A DNA stretch of 60,870 nucleotides, from the IMG/VR virus record IMGVR_UViG_3300045119_000559, positions 1 to 60,870 of that record. One strand, 5' to 3'. The stretch comes from a virus. Its lineage: Duplodnaviria > Caudoviricetes. The first letter of the stretch is position 1; each line of letters begins with the position of its first letter. The notes beneath the pieces are model-generated. The model made no database searches. It saw only the letters and a list, made by a program, of their open reading frames with translations, and was not told where the DNA came from. Positions 28,635 through 37,090 of this stretch are shown here, piece after piece. The translations under genes were made by a program, and so were the position numbers.

Positions 28635-29639
28635 TTACGCCCGGCCATTGGCGCGCGCTGCGCGCTCCTTCTCATTCCGTTGCTTGATGAAATCATCCAT
28701 CGAGCAAGTTTCAAGGTCGATGTTCGGTGTGGTGCGGGCACCGACGCGCGGCTTGATCGGCTCCGGTGCAGCGCTCACGCGCCGACCTGCGGTCAGCGCG
28801 GCAGCGGCGCGCAGGACAGGATTGGCTTCGCTGCCTTCACCGGCGAGTTCATCGCCTTCTGGCGCGGTCGTCTTAGGCTTCAGCCCCTCGCTATATCGTG
28901 CCACCGCGATCGCCATTCGCATCGGCGGGAGGGACAGTATCCGGTCGAGTTCATCGGGGTCCTTGCCAAGCCTGTACAGCACTTCCCCTGCATGTTGCGA
29001 GTCGCCAGTCTCCAGCACGGCCTGGACGAAGTCCCCCGGCACGACAGGGCCGGTGAGGGCCTTCAGCCCTGCAATCGACTCGTCATAATCCGCATGGGTC
29101 TTACGCCCGGCGATCACCGCGTCATCGACTCGGCGGTTGAAGAGGTTCTGCTCAGCGAGGCGGCCGGCTTCGCGCTGGAGATCGGCCTCGGTGTAAGTGC
29201 GCTTCGCGGGCGGCGCAGGCGCGGCAGGATCACCCGGCTTCGCCGCACCTTCGGCACCGGGCAACTTTGCGAGTTCCGCCAGGGTCTCCTCGGCGAGCCG
29301 CGCCCTGGCCTCTGCGGCCTCTGCGCGCCTGCGCTCGGCCCACTTCTCGCTCGTGAGCCGCGAGATGCGCCCGGTGGCGGTGTCTGCGGCGGGCCTTGGC
29401 GCTGTCGGCGCGGCGGCGGGCTCATCAGCGGGAGGCTCAGTCCCGCCGCCGCCCTCTGCACCCGCCGCTGCTGCCGGGGGCTTCGCTGCGGGCGAGAGGA
29501 GTTCACTTAAAGGCTTCAGCGGCGCTGCAGGCGCGTCGCTCGGCTGTGGTGTCGGAGTCGGGCCGGGCTCAGGCGTGGGCGTCGGCACTCCGCCGGGGCC
29601 AGCGGCCAGTTCGGGATTTGCGTCGTCTGGAGGTGTCAT
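28635..29639 (-). CDS. scaffolding protein
   Basis: Pro/Ala-rich N-terminus, RISRLT.EK coiled coil, LY.LGKDPDE..RI..LPP, C-terminal SMDDFIKQRN; immediately upstream of the coat gene. Confidence 0.75.
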   Translation of the reverse strand: MTPPDDANPELAAGPGGVPTPTPEPGPTPTPQPSDAPAAPLKPLSELLSPAAKPPAAAAGAEGGGGTEPPADEPAAAPTAPRPAADTATGRISRLTSEKWAERRRAEAAEARARLAEETLAELAKLPGAEGAAKPGDPAAPAPPAKRTYTEADLQREAGRLAEQNLFNRRVDDAVIAGRKTHADYDESIAGLKALTGPVVPGDFVQAVLETGDSQHAGEVLYRLGKDPDELDRILSLPPMRMAIAVARYSEGLKPKTTAPEGDELAGEGSEANPVLRAAAALTAGRRVSAAPEPIKPRVGARTTPNIDLETCSMDDFIKQRNEKERAARANGRA

Positions 29640-30007
29640 GGGGCAGTTGTTCCGCGTTGTCGGCCGCGCGTCAGGGTGGCATCGGCGATTAGGGCATCGT
29701 ACACGCGCTCTTTCAAGGCCTCCGGGGCCGGGGATGCCAACACGGCGGCGAGTGTGGCCCGAGCCGATCCGTCGCGCACGAACACCGGATACAGCAGTTC
29801 GATGAACTCAATCTCCAGCAGCGCGGGCGATAGCTCAGGGCAGAGGGCCTTCATCTGCGCGTAGAGGGCATTATCCCCACCCATGACCTTCGCGTATAGC
29901 TCGTGGGCCATCTCGATCGCAGTGTTGCGCACCAGGGGATGGCAGTGCATATCCCGCCGGGTGTCGCGGCGCGCCAGCGCGCGCTTCATAGCAGACATCT
30001 CACTCAT
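29636..30007 (-). CDS. hypothetical head-module protein
   Basis: HCHPLVRNTA.EMAHELY...ARATLA..L...LKERVYDALI.D; overlaps both neighbours. Confidence 0.65.
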   Translation of the reverse strand: MSEMSAMKRALARRDTRRDMHCHPLVRNTAIEMAHELYAKVMGGDNALYAQMKALCPELSPALLEIEFIELLYPVFVRDGSARATLAAVLASPAPEALKERVYDALIADATLTRGRQRGTTAP

Positions 30008-31427
30008 CTGCGAACTCCGGGATGCCGGCGGCGGGGCGAAGCTCGCGGGGCTTCCCGTCCGTGCCGAGGGCGTACGCGCCTGTGGCCGCTGCGAGTGGCA
30101 CGCCCATGCGCAGCACGCCGGGGTGCTTGAACATCGCCGGGTCGAACTTCGCCCATGGCACCCTGGCGCCGTACACGTAGCCCGGCTTGTGCGGAGACTC
30201 GCGGAATAGGATGTACGAGTCATGGCCTGGGTCCTCGACGGTGTTCTCGTACACAATAGAGTCGTGGCCCTTCGACTCAAGGTAATTGCGGAGGTTCTTC
30301 ACCTGCTTCTCGCGATTGCCGAGGTAGTCGGAGAATGCGCGGACGGACTGAGGATTTGTCGCATCATGCGGCGCGCGGGGTTCGAGGAAGCTCTCTGGCA
30401 CTACGTCCTTCGCCAGCGCGCGCTTCAGTTCCTCCATCGGGAACTTGTCCGGGTCCATAAGATGTAACTTGTTTGCGACCTTGCCGGCTTCCCACGTGCC
30501 GGCGTCCGGCATGCGCAGCGGGTTCTGCGCCACGATGGCACTCGGGTACACCCGCGGTGCCTGCGTCAAGCCAAGTGGATTGCCTTCGCCTGCGTACTCC
30601 TTGTATGTGTTGGGAGTACCACTAGGCATGATTTCCTGCGCCGCGCGGGGCGAGCCGAAGTGGACGCCCAGTTCATCGTCCGGCAACTTGAACTCATCGA
30701 ATACGTTGTGCGAGCCGGAAGCGCTGCGATCCATCTGGTTCGTACCGTGATGCACTGCGACGTTGTAGCCCTGTGCCTGCGCCTCTGGCGGGATGGTCCA
30801 TTGGGCCTCGCGCGGCAGCGCGTGCGGGTCGAGGGGCGCGGGTGGAGGTGCCGGTGGTGCCTCTGCTCCCGATACATCGAAGATACTTGCACCAGGGTCC
30901 TTCGCCAACTTCGCTGCTATGGCAGCATCACTAATGTCAACCTTGTGCCAATTAGCACCCTCCCCAGACGGGAGCCCGAGTGCATCTTCGACGTGCTTCA
31001 TTGCCTCCTTGGATGACAATTTGCTGAACTCTGCCCACGTTGGCATCTTCATCGGCGCGTTCATGCCGAGGGCTCCCGTGCGGCCGAACGGCATGGCGCC
31101 TCCAGCGGCGTAGCCGCTCATCGTCACTGCGTCGCGCACGAGCGCGTTCATCTCGGGCAGGCTCTGCGGCTGCAGATTCGAGCCGTGGGTGTAGGCGCGT
31201 TCGAGGCCCTCCTGCGTCAGCCGCCCCGGAGTGAGCAGCGCCTGTGGCGCGGCGGCAAGGAGATCGTATAGCATATTGCCGCCGGCGAAAAGGCCACGGG
31301 CAACACTGCCGGGGGCTCCGGGCGGGCCGAGAGGCGCCCTGTGCGTCATGGTCGCCGCGAGGGCGTCATAGTCCACCGGCAGCAAGTCGCGCGGCGGGGT
31401 GTCAAGTTCGGTGTCGGGCGGGCACAC
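30000..31427 (-). CDS. protein with ADP-ribosyltransferase-like (ART-PolyVal-type) domain
   Basis: VHHGT...FDEF..LGVHFGS..AA; RVYP..IVAQNPL; GHDSIVYEN..ED..DSYILF. Confidence 0.6.
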   Translation of the reverse strand: MCPPDTELDTPPRDLLPVDYDALAATMTHRAPLGPPGAPGSVARGLFAGGNMLYDLLAAAPQALLTPGRLTQEGLERAYTHGSNLQPQSLPEMNALVRDAVTMSGYAAGGAMPFGRTGALGMNAPMKMPTWAEFSKLSSKEAMKHVEDALGLPSGEGANWHKVDISDAAIAAKLAKDPGASIFDVSGAEAPPAPPPAPLDPHALPREAQWTIPPEAQAQGYNVAVHHGTNQMDRSASGSHNVFDEFKLPDDELGVHFGSPRAAQEIMPSGTPNTYKEYAGEGNPLGLTQAPRVYPSAIVAQNPLRMPDAGTWEAGKVANKLHLMDPDKFPMEELKRALAKDVVPESFLEPRAPHDATNPQSVRAFSDYLGNREKQVKNLRNYLESKGHDSIVYENTVEDPGHDSYILFRESPHKPGYVYGARVPWAKFDPAMFKHPGVLRMGVPLAAATGAYALGTDGKPRELRPAAGIPEFADE

Positions 31428-31429
31428 GT

Positions 31430-33772
31430 CTACTTCACCACACTATACGCATTGCTGGCACCATAGTTCCGCACGTACCAGTGGCCGTCCTTGCCCTTCC
31501 GCGCGCCAGGGATGGGTGGAACGTCGGTGACCTTGCTCGGCAACTGGATTGGGCCACCTTGGCCGTTGGCTGCTGCAGGACCATTGCCGCCTACGTCCTG
31601 CATATTCGCCCGGAGTATCTCGCCCGTGGCATCGGTGCCGATGATCTCGCGCATCGTGCGGTCGATCATCTCGTCCAGCCCCGGCACTGCCGGCGGGCCG
31701 CCCTCGCCACCTTGCTGCTTCTTGTAGTCCAGCAGGGTCTTGAGGCGCTCTCGCACCTCGCGCATCGCGTCGATATCTCGCCGCTCGTCCTTGCCGCGCA
31801 GCTTCAGCTTGTCGCCGGCGGTGTCCATGAGGGTCTTGCGCAGCAGGTCCTGCAATTGGGCTACTTGGGCCTGGAGTTGTTGCTCGGTGATTGTTGGTCC
31901 TTCGCCGAGGGCTTGCGGCGGAACCATGCGGCGCAGCCTAGCGGCCGCCTCATCCGCCATATCGAAGTCCATCGAGCGCAATAGCAAGTCCCCGACGAGC
32001 GGGACCATTGTTGGGGCCTGCGTAAGTAGCAGCGTAAGGGCATTCGCGGTCTCCTCGCGCTTGGTGCCATAGGAGGGCCCGATATCGGCCTCGACTTCGT
32101 AGGTGCCAACGGCGGGATTCAGCACATGCGCCGCGACGGTGCCATCATGCTGCATTCGCTTCGCATACACCGCCTGCGCCTGGGGGTCGATCTCCAGCTG
32201 GAAGTCGATGCCATCCTCTGCGACGATGCGCATCACGCGAGCGGTGTCGAACAGCCTCGGGATGAGATCGAGGAGGATTTTGCCGACCTGGCGTATCGCA
32301 ATGGCCAGATTGTCGATGTAGTGATACGTTGCGTTATCGCCCTGGCGCTGGCGTTCGCCGATGGCCTTGGCAGAGCGCTCGTTGCTGCGCTCGCCCATGG
32401 AGTCTTGGTACTGGCCCGAGACCATGGCGAGCTCATTCGCACTGATCTGCATGCCACTGAGGGCCACGGGCGCCGCGACGGGCGGCTCGACGCGCTGCGG
32501 CGCCGGGATGGGGTTGCCAGCGTCATCAAGGCCATTGAATGGCAGTACAGAGTGATTCGTCCTGTTTGCGGTGTTCCAATAAGACTCGTACCCCTCGATG
32601 GCCTCTGCCGGCGCGATCCAAGGGCTCTTCGCCTGCAGCGCGCCGTACTCCACCGCCAGCGACGACCAGTAGTTGTACATCCGCTGCGGATCAATCATCG
32701 CACGAGTGTGGCCCTTGCAGTCATACACCCCGTCGATGACGACCTCTTCGCCGATGACCGGCACCAGCGGGATGTACTTCCCGACCCATTCTTTCGACTC
32801 TACAACCCTGTCGCCGACGATGAAGTGCCACTCAATGCGCTCAGTGGTAGTATCGCGGCGCTTAGTTTGCGGAGCGTCTTGGATCATCTTGAGCAGGTCT
32901 GGCGCCTCCTTCAGTATGCTCTCGCGCATAGTCAGCACGGTGCCAGACTTCGGATCGGTGTAGGCGTACAGCACATCTGCTTCGGACACCTTGCGGAAGT
33001 ACTCACAGACGCGGACGAAGTCGGTATGGACCCATGATCCGTCCGCGCTAACTGCGTTGTCTGGCGCGGCGAAGCCCTTGAACTCCGGGTACTGCGTGTC
33101 GAACTCGTCCTTGAGCACATCATCGAAGATGAACGCATAGCGCATGTCGGACTTGTCCGCCTCGCGGCACTCAGGATCGACGTACACCGTAAGCGGGTCG
33201 TCGATGCGCATGATCCGGGGCTCCTGGTCGAAGGAGTCCTCATTCACATACTGCGTCGTGACGCGGAGCCAGCCCTTCCCGGCCTCCACCTGGAACCGCG
33301 TCGCGGTGTCGTACGCCACGGTGGCGTTGCTGCGGTACTCGATATACCTCATGATGGCATTCAGCATGCTCGCTGACTCTGCCGTCGCACCGTTCCCCGT
33401 CGGCCTGATCTTGATCGCCGGTTTGTTCTGCAGCGCGTCGTTGATGATTTGCCTGTTGTGCTGCCGAACCTTGTTGATCGTCAGGCAGGGGCGCTCTTCC
33501 ACATCCCGGTTGCGGCGGATGTCATTCGGCCACTGGTAGCCATTATAGGCGTCTGCGTTGGCGAACTTGATATCATCGAGGTAATACTGCCGCGCGTTGT
33601 GCTCCCACTTCGCCGAGTGATTGAAGCGATCCTTGGCCTCGCGCAGGAGGGTGGCATCGGTGCTGTTGCCCGTGTGCGGGTTGTCGTCCGAGCGCTCCAT
33701 GGCGCTATTGCCGGGCGCAGAGCCCTGCGGCATGGGCGACGGGTTGGCGCGGGAGGCGAGGGTGTCGGCCAT
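31430..33772 (-). CDS. portal protein, P22-like
   Basis: DDIKFA..QWP...R....RPCLTINK, G.GWLRV, DP...EADKSD, W.GKYIPLVPV.GEE, DPQRMYNYW.S, YEV..DIGPSY.TKR.E. Confidence 0.92.
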   Translation of the reverse strand: MADTLASRANPSPMPQGSAPGNSAMERSDDNPHTGNSTDATLLREAKDRFNHSAKWEHNARQYYLDDIKFANADAYNGYQWPNDIRRNRDVEERPCLTINKVRQHNRQIINDALQNKPAIKIRPTGNGATAESASMLNAIMRYIEYRSNATVAYDTATRFQVEAGKGWLRVTTQYVNEDSFDQEPRIMRIDDPLTVYVDPECREADKSDMRYAFIFDDVLKDEFDTQYPEFKGFAAPDNAVSADGSWVHTDFVRVCEYFRKVSEADVLYAYTDPKSGTVLTMRESILKEAPDLLKMIQDAPQTKRRDTTTERIEWHFIVGDRVVESKEWVGKYIPLVPVIGEEVVIDGVYDCKGHTRAMIDPQRMYNYWSSLAVEYGALQAKSPWIAPAEAIEGYESYWNTANRTNHSVLPFNGLDDAGNPIPAPQRVEPPVAAPVALSGMQISANELAMVSGQYQDSMGERSNERSAKAIGERQRQGDNATYHYIDNLAIAIRQVGKILLDLIPRLFDTARVMRIVAEDGIDFQLEIDPQAQAVYAKRMQHDGTVAAHVLNPAVGTYEVEADIGPSYGTKREETANALTLLLTQAPTMVPLVGDLLLRSMDFDMADEAAARLRRMVPPQALGEGPTITEQQLQAQVAQLQDLLRKTLMDTAGDKLKLRGKDERRDIDAMREVRERLKTLLDYKKQQGGEGGPPAVPGLDEMIDRTMREIIGTDATGEILRANMQDVGGNGPAAANGQGGPIQLPSKVTDVPPIPGARKGKDGHWYVRNYGASNAYSVVK

Positions 33773-33775
33773 TTG

Positions 33776-35203
33776 CTAGTGCCCAAGCCAGCGGGTGTTG
33801 GCGCGGGCGGCTTCGCCGGCGTACGGCACGCCGGTGTGGTCCTCGGGCTCGCCAAAGGCCCCCGCAATGGCACCGATGACGCTCGCCATGCCTGGCAATG
33901 CAAGCCGCCGGCGCTGCGAGGGCATCTTGCTCGCTACGCCGAAGTACTCGAAGGCCTTCGATGCATCGGAGTGCTCGTCGTGCAGCGGGTGCTGCGAGAA
34001 TTGCTTCGTCTGCGAGTCGATGTCATAGCGGTAATGCCGCAAGTGGTGTATTCCTTCGGCGCACCGCGCCGCATCGAAGTAGCACTGCGGGAACACCGTG
34101 CGTGCGGCGTTGATGAGGTCCTTCTCACTCACCTTCTGCACAATACGCACGGTCTGCAGCTTCGCCCTGGCCTGCTCCTCGATGGTCATCTTCATGCCGA
34201 GCTGCTTCGCCCTGGCATCGTGCGGGAGCCAGTGGGTGCCGTACAGATAGGATCTGTCCTGCAAGACCTTCAAGTAGTGGTCGATGTGCTTCAGCCGGGA
34301 CTCGTAGAAGTCGATGATACGGTACTCATAGCCGACTTGCTGCACAAACCATATGCTGGTGTGATCGCTGCGGCCAAGGTCCCAATAGGTGTTCACCGGC
34401 ACGGCACGGTCATAGGGGACCTTGCAAATGCGCTCCTGCACCGCAGCCTCACGCAGCTCATCGGCATAGACACTACCTTCGAGGTTGCGCTTGCACTGAC
34501 CTTCCCACACATGCAGGTAGGAGTCATAATTGCGTGCCTTCAGCGCATCCCGTTCCGCCGGGAGTTCTGTTTCGGCGAACCACGGGTTATCCCGCCACGT
34601 CATGAACACTGCGATGCAATTCGGCGGGGGGTTCTTCACGAAGCGCTCGTACGTCGCGTCAGTCTCCAGATCGGGATTGAAGGTGGCAATGATCTCGCTT
34701 CCAGGTTTCCGAACTGTGGGGATCAACACGTCCCAGGAGTTCGCACTCACCGCATTGGCCTCTTCGACCCAACAGTAGTCCACGCCCTCGTAGGACTTGA
34801 TCTTCGTAATGTTGTGCCGGATGCCCTCGAAGCGGAACTCACTGCCGCACGCAGAGCGGATCACCGCCTGCTGCACATCGTAGAGATGCCCGAGGCCGAG
34901 CTTGTCGATCTGCTGAACCAGCAGCTTATGCACCGAGTCCTGAATGGAGTGCTGCAGCTCGCGACCGCAGAGGAATTGCAGCGGGCGCCGGGCGGCCTCG
35001 ATGACGGCCCACCTGGCCACGCCCCACGACCTGCCGGCACCGCGGCCTCCGTACAGTATCTTGTACCGGCTTGCCCGGTGCTTGGGCTGCCCATCTGGGG
35101 CCAGCACCGGCGATCCGTCCTTCAGCGTTTCGTAGAAGGTGTGGAAGATTTTCGAGGGGAACTGCGCGTCGATGCGCGCTGCGGCGGGGGCTGTTGCGTA
35201 CAT
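33776..35203 (-). CDS. terL: terminase large subunit (PBSX/Terminase_3-type)
   Basis: YKILYGGRGAGRS, RELQHSIQDSV, IKSYEG.D.CWVEEA, PTVRKPGSEI..TFNP, DNPWF, WDLG..D.TSIWF.Q, LPHDA. Confidence 0.92.
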   Translation of the reverse strand: MYATAPAAARIDAQFPSKIFHTFYETLKDGSPVLAPDGQPKHRASRYKILYGGRGAGRSWGVARWAVIEAARRPLQFLCGRELQHSIQDSVHKLLVQQIDKLGLGHLYDVQQAVIRSACGSEFRFEGIRHNITKIKSYEGVDYCWVEEANAVSANSWDVLIPTVRKPGSEIIATFNPDLETDATYERFVKNPPPNCIAVFMTWRDNPWFAETELPAERDALKARNYDSYLHVWEGQCKRNLEGSVYADELREAAVQERICKVPYDRAVPVNTYWDLGRSDHTSIWFVQQVGYEYRIIDFYESRLKHIDHYLKVLQDRSYLYGTHWLPHDARAKQLGMKMTIEEQARAKLQTVRIVQKVSEKDLINAARTVFPQCYFDAARCAEGIHHLRHYRYDIDSQTKQFSQHPLHDEHSDASKAFEYFGVASKMPSQRRRLALPGMASVIGAIAGAFGEPEDHTGVPYAGEAARANTRWLGH

Positions 35204-35370
35204 GCTATGGAGCGAAGTGGGGCCACGTTCGTCTCAACGATTGTGGCCCCACACCCATCCCCCCGTTCACTGTGCTCGCCGCTGTCGGCCCATTTGCCAG
35301 TCTCGACAAAACGTTTCCATCGGAACAGCCGATGGAGGCGCATGGCAGCGGCGGGGCCGCTGCCAGTGCA

Positions 35371-35691
35371 CTACGCCAGCCCAAGGGCTGCAATGAGTGC
35401 CGAGTCGCCCGTAATGGTCGGGCTGCCGACCAGCACAATTCGTCCATTGCGATCGAGCGACGCGATGCCGGGGATGAAGTCGTTGAAGCGCTGCACGATG
35501 AGCGCTGGCGTGCGGCGCATCAAGTCACAGGAGAACGTAGTGCCATTCACCGTGATCGTGGCGCCAGGCTGCGGCGTCGTGAGCGTCCGCGGAGCTTGGC
35601 CCTCGAACGCCGGCGGCTGCACGAACGTCGCCGATTGTGACGGCGGGGCGATAGGGCACTGCGACACAGTCCACTGCGCTACGGTAGTCAT
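35371..35691 (-). CDS. hypothetical protein
   Basis: RBS GGAG; operon orientation. Confidence 0.55.
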   Translation of the reverse strand: MTTVAQWTVSQCPIAPPSQSATFVQPPAFEGQAPRTLTTPQPGATITVNGTTFSCDLMRRTPALIVQRFNDFIPGIASLDRNGRIVLVGSPTITGDSALIAALGLA

Positions 35692-35787
35692 GGGCAAAAA
35701 CTCCACTCGGGTTGATAAGAGAGGCGCATTTGCGCGCCCAAGTCTACAGGTCGCTGCCGTGGGAGGCTTTCAGACAACCTGTCCTTC

Positions 35788-36057
35788 CTAGTGCGTGGCG
35801 AGCCACCTCGCTACATTCGCCAAGTCAGGCGCGTACGGATCATTGCGTTGCGCAATTGCCACTGCTGCGCGCAACTCCATTACAGTCGTCGGCCTTTGCA
35901 TCAGTTCATACGCCCATACCGACGTTACTCGACGCTCGAACGGGAACAACAGCGCCGCGTCCATATAGTGATGCTGTGCAATATTCACCTGTGCCACGAT
36001 AAGCATACTCGCGTACAACGCACCCAGCCCGACACAGAGCACCAGCAGCGCTTGCAG
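35788..36057 (-). CDS. TM + TPR-like segment overlapping the O-antigen-ligase-like gene in the +1 frame
   Basis: LQALLVLCVGLGALYASMLIVAQ TM helix, then AALLFPF..AQRNDPYAPD TPR-like; start uncertain. Confidence 0.5.
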   Translation of the reverse strand: MQALLVLCVGLGALYASMLIVAQVNIAQHHYMDAALLFPFERRVTSVWAYELMQRPTTVMELRAAVAIAQRNDPYAPDLANVARWLATH

Positions 36058-37072
36058 CCAGGAATGCTGTTGCGGGTTCGTGGGCTGGGAAGCCCGCCAG
36101 CGCACATACGCCAAACGCCACGAGGCTTGCGCGCTCGCCGGCGCACGCGCCCGTGCCCCAACCACGCAGCAGGCGCCATCCGGCAGGAAGCAGCAGCAGC
36201 ACTCCCAATCCATATTCGGCGAGAGCCTCGATGAAGTCCGCATGCGCATGTTCAGGCCGCCACTCGAAGATCGGCAGCTGCGCGATGCGCGGATATTCGG
36301 CGGGCCAAGAGCCCGCACCGAAGCCGAACCACTCCAGATTGCGCACCGTGTACAGCACATAGTCGAAACGCTCGTGCAAATGCGGCGATTTCGCCAGCAG
36401 GGCAGCGGCGGCGACGGTCGCCAGTGCAATTCCCCACATCCACCACAAGCGAGTGGAACGAACGCTCAGTGGTGCAAGAGCACATACCACGGCGATAGCA
36501 CTGGTGATATTGCCCACTACCAATTCCACTCCGTCCGGCCGTGGCACGAGGAACCAGCACAGGAAGCACGGCACTACGGCTGCTGCGGCGATCCACTCGC
36601 GCCGGCCGTAGGCCCATGCGAACACCACTGCTGCAGTCCAGCCGAGCACGTTGCTGTTGACGAACAGCCCCGCTGGCATCGCACCCGGCCCAGCCTGGGC
36701 TACGCCGTCCCAGCCAAAGAGTTGCGCTAGCACTACGGCAGAGTTGACCGCCATGCCAGCCGCTGCACCGCGCCACAACCACCGCGTGTCGCCCTGCGTC
36801 GCTAGCGCGAAGCCCATCGCCACCAAGACGCATTGCCACACGGTGTTGACGGACTCCAGCGGCACAGGGGACCATGCGACGCTGAGCGCGGCATATGCGA
36901 GGAACGCAACGATGGCGCCGATGCCAGGCACTTTCGTCCATGGCATTGCCACTGCGATACATGGCACTATGGTTGCAAGGAGTATCCACTTCGGAGCCTC
37001 AGAGGGGTCGATCCACCCAGGTACGAACGCAGCGCACAGCAAAAACCCGAAGGCTGCTTGCGCTGCGTTCAC
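35906..37072 (-). CDS. O-antigen ligase / O-oligosaccharyltransferase-like (Wzy_C) polytopic membrane protein
   Basis: About 10 TM segments; GLFVNSN, ERF, FGFGAGSW, EHAHADFIEALAEYGLG, FPAHEP motifs. Confidence 0.8.
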   Translation of the reverse strand: MNAAQAAFGFLLCAAFVPGWIDPSEAPKWILLATIVPCIAVAMPWTKVPGIGAIVAFLAYAALSVAWSPVPLESVNTVWQCVLVAMGFALATQGDTRWLWRGAAAGMAVNSAVVLAQLFGWDGVAQAGPGAMPAGLFVNSNVLGWTAAVVFAWAYGRREWIAAAAVVPCFLCWFLVPRPDGVELVVGNITSAIAVVCALAPLSVRSTRLWWMWGIALATVAAAALLAKSPHLHERFDYVLYTVRNLEWFGFGAGSWPAEYPRIAQLPIFEWRPEHAHADFIEALAEYGLGVLLLLPAGWRLLRGWGTGACAGERASLVAFGVCALAGFPAHEPATAFLAASAAGALCRAGCVVREYAYRGTGEYCTASLYGRGAVVPVRASSNVGMGV

Positions 37073-37090
37073 GTCGCGCTCCGCGGGGGC

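Noticed and set aside
33449-35791. 780-aa + strand ORF and other long antisense ORFs (e.g. 25584-27056, 17726-19066, 43437-44750)
   Set aside because: These are shadow frames of real genes or of GC-rich non-coding DNA, with no motifs or RBS.
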